64,000 bases of DNA from Spirochaetota bacterium (GTDB lineage: Bacteria; Spirochaetota; UBA4802; UBA5550). This document shows, one piece after another, positions 42,778 through 50,944 of the stretch. The notes below the pieces were generated by a model. That model searched no databases and was not told where the DNA came from. It worked only from the letters and a program-made list of their open reading frames with translations. The stretch lies in the NCBI GenBank assembly GCA_963664815.2, contig CAXXHB010000003.1:1056001-1120000 (forward strand). The letters are read 5' to 3'. The first letter of the stretch is position 1. Each line of letters starts with the position of its first letter. Position numbers and translations under genes: made by a program.

Positions 42778-44133
42778 TCAGTCCTTCTTTTTCGCTGTAT
42801 ATCTGTAGACCTTCATCCCTTTTTTAATCTCACTCCTTGCGCCTGAGATCACTTCGCATTTTGAAACGGTCATCATGGGGAAGGTTGACCGCAGTATGAT
42901 AATTTTATCATTTGCATAGAGGCAGAGCTTATCCCCCATCATCACCCTCTCCCCGATTTTATTGCCGCCGACTATAATTTCACCACCTGTAACAGATTTA
43001 ACATCTCCTATAAGCTGGCCGATCTGCGTGAGAGATTTCTCCTGTTCTCCGGAATTTAATGGATTAAGGATAAAACCATATTTGTCATCTTTCCTGACGG
43101 CAGCCGCCCCTTCAAAAAAATTACCTGCTTTCTCAAACTGAGCTTCCAGAATAAATCGGCCGGTTTTATCTATATAACCCCACTTGCCATTCACTTCAAC
43201 AACAGCAAGACCTTCAGAAAAATCAGATAAATATTCCATATATTTGACAGTAAAGACAAAACGGGGTTCTATGACAATCTTCCCGGTTTTATCTATATAT
43301 CCCCACTTGCCATCTCTGCTAACCATGGCAAGACCTTCAGAAAATTCACGTGCATTCTCAAATTGAGGTGCAGCAACAATCCGGCCGGTTTTATCTATAA
43401 AACCCCATTTCCCGTCTTTTTTAAATTTAGCTAGATTTTCGGAAAATTCACCGGGCGAATCATATTGCGGTTCTATAATAATATTACCGGTTTTATCTAT
43501 AAAACCCCATTTGCCGCTTTTTTTTACTGCTGCAATACCTTCGCTAAAAGGGAATGCATCTTCAAACTGAAGACTGATTACCGTTTTCCCGCTTGTATCG
43601 ATATAACCGGATTTGCTGTTTTTCCTGACCACAGCCAGTCCCTCTGAAAACTTTCTTACACTGTCAAACCCGGGTTCGATTATCATCGTTCCGGATTTAT
43701 CCATAAAACCCCATCGCCCGCTTTTTTCAACTGCAGCCAGGCCATTTGTAAAATCACCATTAATGTAACTGAACTTGTCTGAAAATGCTATCACGGGCTC
43801 TATTGCTGTTTTACCGCTGTTGTCTATATAACCCCATCTGGCGTTTTCTGTTAAGCGGGCTACACTGACCATCACCAGACCCTCGGAGAATTTTGTAGCG
43901 TAATCAAACCTGGGATCAAGTTCAATAACAACCTGTCCGTTTTTATCAACAAAACAGATCCTTTCCCCTTTATGTACCTCCGCCAGTCCTTCAGAAAACG
44001 ATCTTGCATTATTAAACTGAGGCTCAACAAGCCATTTGATATTGCTTTTCACGGATGTTTTTGATTCAGTTACAGCGGCCGGTATTACTGCAATGAATAC
44101 ACCGATTATAACTGAAAGAATTCGTTTTCTCAT
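42778..44133 (-). CDS. secreted WG/KWG-repeat protein
   Basis: Signal peptide; about 7-8 repeats of FSEGLA.V..GKWG(F/Y)IDKTG. Confidence 0.92.
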   Translation of the reverse strand: MRKRILSVIIGVFIAVIPAAVTESKTSVKSNIKWLVEPQFNNARSFSEGLAEVHKGERICFVDKNGQVVIELDPRFDYATKFSEGLVMVSVARLTENARWGYIDNSGKTAIEPVIAFSDKFSYINGDFTNGLAAVEKSGRWGFMDKSGTMIIEPGFDSVRKFSEGLAVVRKNSKSGYIDTSGKTVISLQFEDAFPFSEGIAAVKKSGKWGFIDKTGNIIIEPQYDSPGEFSENLAKFKKDGKWGFIDKTGRIVAAPQFENAREFSEGLAMVSRDGKWGYIDKTGKIVIEPRFVFTVKYMEYLSDFSEGLAVVEVNGKWGYIDKTGRFILEAQFEKAGNFFEGAAAVRKDDKYGFILNPLNSGEQEKSLTQIGQLIGDVKSVTGGEIIVGGNKIGERVMMGDKLCLYANDKIIILRSTFPMMTVSKCEVISGARSEIKKGMKVYRYTAKKKD

Positions 44134-44262
44134 AAATTTTCCCTCATTCACCATTACAAATGGCTATTAATACATAAAAAATTGTAAATATTTCAATACT
44201 TTTTTTAAATATTCAAATAAATATCAGGCTTGTTGTAAATAAATACAGCAGGTCAAATATCT

Positions 44263-44422
44263 GAACACGATTACAGGATTAAGGGATTAACGGGATTTCC
44301 TGCAAATAGAAGTACTATAAAAGGGGTAGCCGACAGTCCGGGGGATTTTTAAGTCTATGAAACGCAGGGTTCAATACTGCACACAATCCATGTTACCTGT
44401 GAGTTTCCTGTATTGATGTTCA
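44263..44422. repeat. GGATT-periodic repeat, copy 2, with a degenerate inverted arm
   Basis: 44263-44302 matches 22728-22767; 44386-44422 resembles its reverse complement. Confidence 0.6.
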
Positions 44423-44516
44423 ATCCATAAAGACTTTTCATTGGATGTCTGAATATGCCCGCATATCATTTTTAAAGTTGATTCTTTAAATCTTTTTGTA
44501 TAAACTATGACAATAG

Positions 44517-44551
44517 ATATGTCATTTAAATTGACAAATAAAATGACATAT
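44517..44551. promoter_or_regulatory. palindromic operator around the -35 of the fic gene
   Basis: ATATGTCATTT and AAATGACATAT (11-bp perfect IR) bracket TTGACA. Confidence 0.6.
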
Positions 44552-44587
44552 ATTTATATGTTGTTAAATAAATAACGGATTGCTGAC

Positions 44588-45754
44588 ATGTCACAGGCAA
44601 ATATAAAATACCCGCATATACAGTTTAAAAAAACCTGGAAGCTGAAAGACAGAACAATTTTTCAGTTAGGTCAGTGTGATGCCATAATTAAAGCTATTTC
44701 AAATACCCCCATCAGACCCGATTACAGGGAGCATCTTCATTCAATTTCTCTTATAAAAGGTGCTCAGGCTACAACAGCCATTGAAGGTAATACGTTAACC
44801 TATGAACAGATTCAGGAAATTCAGAAAGGTAAAAAATTATCTCCAAGTAAGGAATATCTCCAGATTGAAGTTCAGAATATTATTGATGCATTAGATGGCA
44901 TCTTAAATGATCTGGTAGTGCAAAATAAAGTATTAATTATTAAACCTGAACTGGTACAAAATTTTCATAAACTGGTGGGCAAGAACCTTGGAGATCATTT
45001 TAAAGCAACTCCCGGCAGGTTCAGAAATAATAATGTCACAGTTGGTAATTACCTGGCTCCGGAACATAAAGATGTTCATGGATTGATTAATCAGTTATGT
45101 GACTGGCTGCAGAATGAGTTTCATTTTGGAAAAGAACAGAGTTTTGAAGAAGCAGTTATTCAGGCAATCGTTACTCATGTGTATATTGCATGGATACATC
45201 CGTTTTCTGACGGGAATGGGAGAACTGCACGTTTACTGGAGTATTACCTGCTGTTACGGGCCGGAGTTCCTGATATTGCATCACATGTTTTATCCAATCA
45301 CTATAATTCAACGAGGAGTGAATACTACAGACAAATTGAAAATGCTACATTAAAAAAAGATTTAACAGAGTTTATTGATTATGCAATTCAGGGTTTCCGT
45401 GATGGCTTGTATGAAACATTAAATATTATACAGGAAAATCAATTGCAGATAACCTGGCGAAATTATATTTATGGAATATTTAATAACAAAAAAGCAACAG
45501 GTAAAGCATCAATCGCTATAAAGCGTCGAAGAAATTTAATATTAAGGATTCCAATTGATTACTATTTATCTGAAGAAGAAATCAGTGAGCTTCATCCAAC
45601 AATAATCAGAGAGTATTCGGAATTATCTGCACGTACATTGTCAAGAGATCTTGAAGAACTGGTCAATGCCGGTTTGCTGGATAAAAAGAAAGAGGGATAT
45701 AGAGCAAATGTAGAGATTTTGAGAAAATTTATGGCGTTAAGGTTGAGTTATTAA
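44588..45754 (+). CDS. Fic-domain protein (class II) with C-terminal HTH
   Basis: HPFSDGNGRTAR catalytic motif; TTAIEGN inhibitory motif; SARTLSRDLEELV DeoR-like HTH. Confidence 0.93.
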   Translation: MSQANIKYPHIQFKKTWKLKDRTIFQLGQCDAIIKAISNTPIRPDYREHLHSISLIKGAQATTAIEGNTLTYEQIQEIQKGKKLSPSKEYLQIEVQNIIDALDGILNDLVVQNKVLIIKPELVQNFHKLVGKNLGDHFKATPGRFRNNNVTVGNYLAPEHKDVHGLINQLCDWLQNEFHFGKEQSFEEAVIQAIVTHVYIAWIHPFSDGNGRTARLLEYYLLLRAGVPDIASHVLSNHYNSTRSEYYRQIENATLKKDLTEFIDYAIQGFRDGLYETLNIIQENQLQITWRNYIYGIFNNKKATGKASIAIKRRRNLILRIPIDYYLSEEEISELHPTIIREYSELSARTLSRDLEELVNAGLLDKKKEGYRANVEILRKFMALRLSY

Positions 45755-46060
45755 TTTGGCACATAGGGCAATCTGGCAGGTGTAATTCCTGTTATCTATA
45801 TGTTTGTTAATTTAAAAAGAATTTTCCTTCGGGTGTCTGAATCTACATCATTTCCATAGAACCTGAACAAGAACAGTAACGAGATTTTTTAAAGGCTCCT
45901 TTGACACAAATCGGTCCCCGGATTTTTATTTTTCCGGTCAAATCATCAGATTATTGTTTTATATTATTACAAATACCGTGAGAAACGATATTCAAAATCC
46001 TGTACATGTGATGAGTATGATTGAAGCATGTACTGTTCGATGCCAGTGGTTTCGTCCGGC

Positions 46061-46141
46061 AGAAGTCTTAATATAGCTGCTGTCCGAAGATTGAAATTAT
46101 CTGTTTTTTAGCAGCTACGTTAAGACTTCTATAAGTTAGGC
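46061..46141 (-). repeat. attC-like hairpin, copy A
   Basis: Minus-strand GCCTAAC core; arms 46061-46081 and 46110-46130 pair 19/21; 46111-46139 matches 47514-47542 at 28/29. Confidence 0.6.
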
Positions 46142-46192
46142 GATGTGATCGGCATCCACAACTTCTTTTTGTTTCAATTAAATATTAAAAAA

Positions 46193-46660
46193 TCATAAAC
46201 AATGCGTTGAACTATCTTTTGCAACAATTTGATTTGTAGCTGTATCTCTAGCCAATCAATTATATGAGCCACTATCCAAAAAATTTGTCACATTATATTC
46301 AATACAGTATTTATACCCTGTGCTTCAGCATTAAATACGAAATAAGAGTTTTACCAAAGATTGAGAAGAACTAATTCTGTGAAATCCTGGAGTTAAAGCG
46401 ACTAACTTAACTCCAGGCATATTAAGAATTGATCTTAAACAACTCCCGAGTCCATTTTTAATATTATCATTATTTATTTTCCAAATAACTTGAGGTCCGG
46501 AAGCTATTAATATAGTATATTGTTTTTTGGAAACATCTTCATTAACATTATGAAAAAATCATTCATATTTATCTTTCATATCAACTGTGACTGTTGAAGT
46601 ACAACCCATTAATAATAAGATAAACATTAAATTAATAGATACTTTTAATATGGTTACAAT
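46193..46660 (-). pseudogene. decayed lipoprotein gene
   Basis: Manual translation gives LLLMG-CTSTV lipobox ... LTPGFHRI ... FNAEA/GYKYCIEY ... RDTATNQIVAK, with two internal TGA codons and frameshifts. Confidence 0.6.
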
Positions 46661-46735
46661 ACAGCCTCATCGGATTACTTTGAGCAGTTTAAATAATATC
46701 ACTTATAGTTTGTCAGTCTATTTATGATGCTCAGC

Positions 46736-47269
46736 TTATATTTTAATATCATATTTAATTATTTTTTTGTCAGGAAAATTAACATGCATTTTATAGATAC
46801 CATGTGAAAGAGGTCCTTTCGTCCTGATTACATAAGTATAATTATAACTATCTGTTTGTCCATTTTGTGATATGGTTGTATACTTTATAGGTATCAATGA
46901 ATAATCAAGGAAACAATCTCTATTAGATGCATCAAAAATTTGAATTTTGAAGCTAAGTTCTTCATCGAGGAATGGCAAATTATACGCCATTGTAAAATAA
47001 AAATACTGATTGTCTGCATATTGCATTTCTTCAATTGAAGTTAATCTTTTTTTCTTTTCTTGCTGTGACATTTTTTTATCTTCGACGATTGCCTGACGTC
47101 CGATTTTTTTAAATTCATCCAGATCTTTTTCTTCTAATTTCCATGATTGGAAATAGGCTTTTCCATATTTTGAACTTGTTTCTATATCACTATCAATTAC
47201 AGAGTATGTAGAACAACTTGATGAGATAAATGAAGCGATAAAAATCATTAAAGAAATATACTTCTTCAT
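46736..47269 (-). CDS. AT-rich lipoprotein, unknown function
   Basis: GGAGG RBS; MKKY plus hydrophobic core plus SSS-C. Confidence 0.8.
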   Translation of the reverse strand: MKKYISLMIFIASFISSSCSTYSVIDSDIETSSKYGKAYFQSWKLEEKDLDEFKKIGRQAIVEDKKMSQQEKKKRLTSIEEMQYADNQYFYFTMAYNLPFLDEELSFKIQIFDASNRDCFLDYSLIPIKYTTISQNGQTDSYNYTYVIRTKGPLSHGIYKMHVNFPDKKIIKYDIKI

Positions 47270-47513
47270 AATAACCTCCGATAATTATATTTATTTTTAT
47301 TGGAAAGCTAATTATGATTATTTAATTATGTCAATTAATTTAAATAAAATTATATATTTAGGTATAAGACGCCTGAAGTATCTTAGGCGTAGGCGGACAA
47401 ACCTTAGCAGTACAACATGGATTTTGAAGCGATGAATAAAAGATTCTGCCGGGAGATCCATGAGCTTTTTGCTGTTTCAAACTCCGCCATCAAAGCATAG
47501 CGTTGAATTTTGG

Positions 47514-47544
47514 GCAGTTACGTTAAGACTTCTATAAGTTAGAT
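47514..47544 (-). repeat. attC-like motif, copy B
   Basis: Minus-strand ATCTAAC (RYYYAAC) overlaps the TAA stop of the upstream gene. Confidence 0.6.
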
Positions 47545-48456
47545 ACTATTCGATATTGTAACATAAGCATCTTCATGAATATAGCCATTATGAACTAACT
47601 CTATGGATATATTTAATAATGGAAAATTTTCAGCAAGAAGAGAAAAATAAAGTAAATATGTTCCTGCTGCAGTTATAATTGGTTGTTTCGGACTAATATC
47701 TAATGAACTCAAAAGATAAATATTACCAGGATTATTACTGTCTTGTAATAGTAAACTAAATGCACAATGACTATCAGGCCATATTGCTTGTTCAAAGCCA
47801 GGTTGCCCTGAGCATTTTATTGGACTTTTATCTGGTGATAGAATTGTATTGCCATTATACTGAATGTATTCTAGCCTTATTTGAGATTTGAATGCAGGTA
47901 AATCATTTCGTAAATTCTTAATATCAAGATTAAGAACTTTTCCAGTATATAAATTCCCGCTATGATCATTATATTGAATATTTTTAGTCCAGATTAAATT
48001 GCTAGCAATTAAATGCCGTGAATATTTTGGACTCCAGTTTCTTGCTTTTACGGCTTCTATAACGTGATTGAATACATCTGTATGATCGTTAAAAAGAGTT
48101 GAGTTCGAAATCATATAATTTAATAGGCCATCCCTTTTTACTCCTGTTTGTTGAAAAAATATTGCATTATCAAATCCGAGATAATACGCTATAGCTAATT
48201 CTTGATTAGTAAATAAAGATCCTCTATAGATTTTTTTAAAGCATGATATTTTTTCTCTTCGAAAATCAATAAATATATAATAGTCTGAATTTTTTAGATT
48301 GCCTATAATTCCAGAATTTACATCATTAATGCTTTGAGTACGAATGGCTACATATGGCGAAAACCCCTCCGTTCTCAGCCAATCTTCTAATTTCTTGGCC
48401 ACCTCTTTTTCTTTTGGATTGGCTTGGCCACAACTAATAAAAACTTTTCCTGGCAT
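47539..48456 (-). CDS. TIR/NDT-fold N-terminal domain plus beta-rich C-terminal domain
   Basis: KVFISCGQ, GFSPYVA, SDYYIFID and SLFTNQELAIAY; AAGGAG RBS before the ATG at 48456. Confidence 0.65.
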   Translation of the reverse strand: MPGKVFISCGQANPKEKEVAKKLEDWLRTEGFSPYVAIRTQSINDVNSGIIGNLKNSDYYIFIDFRREKISCFKKIYRGSLFTNQELAIAYYLGFDNAIFFQQTGVKRDGLLNYMISNSTLFNDHTDVFNHVIEAVKARNWSPKYSRHLIASNLIWTKNIQYNDHSGNLYTGKVLNLDIKNLRNDLPAFKSQIRLEYIQYNGNTILSPDKSPIKCSGQPGFEQAIWPDSHCAFSLLLQDSNNPGNIYLLSSLDISPKQPIITAAGTYLLYFSLLAENFPLLNISIELVHNGYIHEDAYVTISNSI

Positions 48457-49065
48457 AAAAGCTCCTTTGTGAATATCGAAGTCTGGTAGGTAATCCATAA
48501 AAACCGTATGTGAAAGTTTACTCTATACGGCTCAAATCGTCTAAAGCTGATTATACGACCAGCCACTGTTATCTGTTTTTGTTCTTCTATAAGTAGAAAT
48601 AATCAGGATCTTCCTTTAAAAAGGGTTCCTGTCAAGACTTATCACTCTGTGTCTAACAATTTTACGTGTCCTGCGGTAATAACAAACTCTGTCATCATGT
48701 ATATCATACACCCCCACCAAACTGCGGTTAAATCAACTTTTTTTAAATATTGAAATAATAATATCCGGAATAATTAGCAGAGATTGGCTGATTGTTTACA
48801 TTTCTTTTTAATTGTTTATATTTCTCTAAGCAGATTGCTAAGTATTACACATGATATAATCAAAACTTACAGAATCTGAAGATATAAAGAGGTATGTGGC
48901 AACCTTTGGCAGGTTTTGTGTAATCCTGCTAAGTTAAATGATGATTTTTAATAAAACTTATTACTGGTAGGTTCCGGGGATAAATCGGTATACTTTGCCC
49001 TGCCATTCAGGGTAAAGTATGAAAATCTGCTATAAAAATGCTGAAAATCTGCTGAAACTTAGCAA

Positions 49066-49551
49066 TTATGATGTTTTTTGTAATCCCCGCCGCTTTTCCG
49101 GGGCTGTAATACCCCATATTTGAGGTTTTCCGAAGCATGTTTTTATCATATACGGAGCGGGTACGGAGTATATATGGAGAGGGTCTTTACCATGGCGGAC
49201 AGATGGAGATAAACTCCTCTCTTTAAATACAGGTTGCTCTGATCTTTCGTCTGCTGTTGTGGCAACTCTGCCGGCAAGGAAATCGGAGATATAAAGGTTA
49301 AACCCGCTGAGAGCCTTGTCATGTTTTAATGCCCGTCTGTTATATAAATTTTTTACCTTTTCGGGGAGATCTCTCCATGATTTTGAAGCTTCGCCGAAGA
49401 GCTTTCTGTTTAACCGCTGTGCCTCCGTGTCCGGGTTTAACGGGATGACGCGTATGCGGCAGCAGTTTTTGTCTTTCCATTTGTAATGCACCAGGTCGCC
49501 AACTTTACCTTTTATATTAAGGTACATGGGATCAAGGGTTATTTTTGCCAT
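49066..49551 (-). CDS. basic DUF6266-like protein
   Basis: GGAGG RBS; IKGKVGDLV..NPDTEAQ..R..F..W..SGFNLYI. Confidence 0.6.
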   Translation of the reverse strand: MAKITLDPMYLNIKGKVGDLVHYKWKDKNCCRIRVIPLNPDTEAQRLNRKLFGEASKSWRDLPEKVKNLYNRRALKHDKALSGFNLYISDFLAGRVATTADERSEQPVFKERSLSPSVRHGKDPLHIYSVPAPYMIKTCFGKPQIWGITAPEKRRGLQKTS

Positions 49552-49725
49552 AGGTATATCCTCCATGTTTATGAAAGTTATACGAACGGATGCGGGCTTT
49601 TTTATAAAATATTTCAGTAATTCCTGAATTTTTTTATTCAATCGTGAAATGCCGCAGTACAAAAACTGTCATTTCCAGACAGCTATAGTTTTCAACCTGG
49701 CGTTCAATTTAAGGAGAGAGATTGA

Positions 49726-50130
49726 TTATATGAATACAGCAGGGGAGGTGTTAAATCTCTTTGCCAGCAGTTTAATTTGGCGTACATTCAGACTTCTTTT
49801 CCCGCACAATATTTCAGATACTACGCCCTGGGATCCGATTTCTTTTAAATCGGCCTGTTTTATTCCATGTTCTTCCATCAGATATTGCAATACTTCAAAA
49901 GGTTCTGCTTCTTTAACAGGATGATTTCTGTCTTCATATTCTGATATCAACAGTCCGATTGTCTCCATAAGTGCGGCTTCAGGATGGCTTTCATCATTGC
50001 CGACTTCGTCAATAAGCTCGTCAAGAACTGCAACAAGTCTTTTATATGACTCTTCATCATGCGGAACGGATAAATATTCCGATACAGATGACCATGTTTT
50101 ATTTATTATTTTAAGCGCTGTTGATGCCAT
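49726..50130 (-). CDS. higA: HigA-type antitoxin (HTH Xre)
   Basis: LISEYE, LQYLMEEHGIKQADL, GSQGVVSEILCGKRSLN. Confidence 0.88.
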   Translation of the reverse strand: MASTALKIINKTWSSVSEYLSVPHDEESYKRLVAVLDELIDEVGNDESHPEAALMETIGLLISEYEDRNHPVKEAEPFEVLQYLMEEHGIKQADLKEIGSQGVVSEILCGKRSLNVRQIKLLAKRFNTSPAVFI

Positions 50131-50132
50131 GT

Positions 50133-50310
50133 TTATTCTCTCCATTTATTTTTATCATATTCTGAATGTTTTAAAATATATCTGATATAAACCATTCCGG
50201 TATTATAATGTATCGCCGCAATAAGACGGTATTTATTTCCGCTTATATTAAACACCGTAAGCTTTCCGACTGAATCAGCAGATGGAAACATTTTTTTAAA
50301 TCTGCTGAAT
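50133..50310 (-). pseudogene. higB: 5'-deleted HigB toxin remnant
   Basis: Manual translation FPSADSVGKLTVFNISGNKYRLIAAIHY..YIRYILKHSEYDK.KW; no N-terminal half and no RBS. Confidence 0.85.
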
Positions 50311-50516
50311 GTTTATATATAAAGAGAATAATATGATGGAAATAACAGATGCAAGTCAATAATTTCTGAAAATTTATTCGATGAAGTTCTTAATGAACAT
50401 GCCTGCTGAGATGTTATGTGAAATGTATCTGCAACAGAAAAAATAAACCTGAATTTTAAAAGAGAGGTGACTGACGTATGCTTTAACGTAAAAAAAGATT
50501 GACATACAGGCATATC

Positions 50517-50532
50517 TACTACATGGGTAGTA
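50517..50532. promoter_or_regulatory. BlaI-type operator
   Basis: TACTAC-atgg-GTAGTA downstream of TTGACA; a second half-site TACTAC near 50545. Confidence 0.7.
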
Positions 50533-50566
50533 TTATATTGATAATACTACAGCCCCGGAGATTGAG

Positions 50567-50944
50567 ATGCCAAAACAGAGACAGGTTGCCGGTAAAAGAG
50601 AGATGATGATCCTCCATGCCGTATGGGAAAGGGGGGAGGCCACGGTGCGCGATGTGCACAGGGAAATTTCAAAAACCGATGACGTGGCCTACACGACAAT
50701 TATGACAATGATGCAGAAGATGGAAAAGAAGGGGTTGCTGGAGCATTATGAGGATAACAGGGCATTCGTGTACCGGGCAATAGCCAGAAGAGAGGAGGTT
50801 GAATCGGGGATGCTGCGCGAACTCCTGGATAAGGTCTTCAACGGGTCATACGAGGGGCTGGTTAATACGCTGGTGAGGGATAAAAGAATAACTCCTGCTG
50901 AACTGAAAAAGCTTGCCGATGAGATTGAAAGGAGGAGAAAATGA
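50567..50944 (+). CDS. BlaI/MecI/CopY repressor
   Basis: EMMIL..VW, TVRDV, AYTTIMT, KG and FNGS motifs. Confidence 0.93.
   Translation: MPKQRQVAGKREMMILHAVWERGEATVRDVHREISKTDDVAYTTIMTMMQKMEKKGLLEHYEDNRAFVYRAIARREEVESGMLRELLDKVFNGSYEGLVNTLVRDKRITPAELKKLADEIERRRK

Noticed and set aside
43080-44010. Periodic DNA repeats as a possible CRISPR array or DGR template
   Set aside because: They are in-frame degenerate WG/KWG protein repeats, with no cas or reverse transcriptase gene nearby.
46193-46660. In-frame TGA codons as evidence of an alternative genetic code
   Set aside because: The gene also has frameshifts and no clear start, and TGA ends normal genes elsewhere in the window. Decay is the simpler explanation.
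44588-50310. Prophage or ICE
   Set aside because: No integrase, structural or conjugation genes; it is an accessory tract only.
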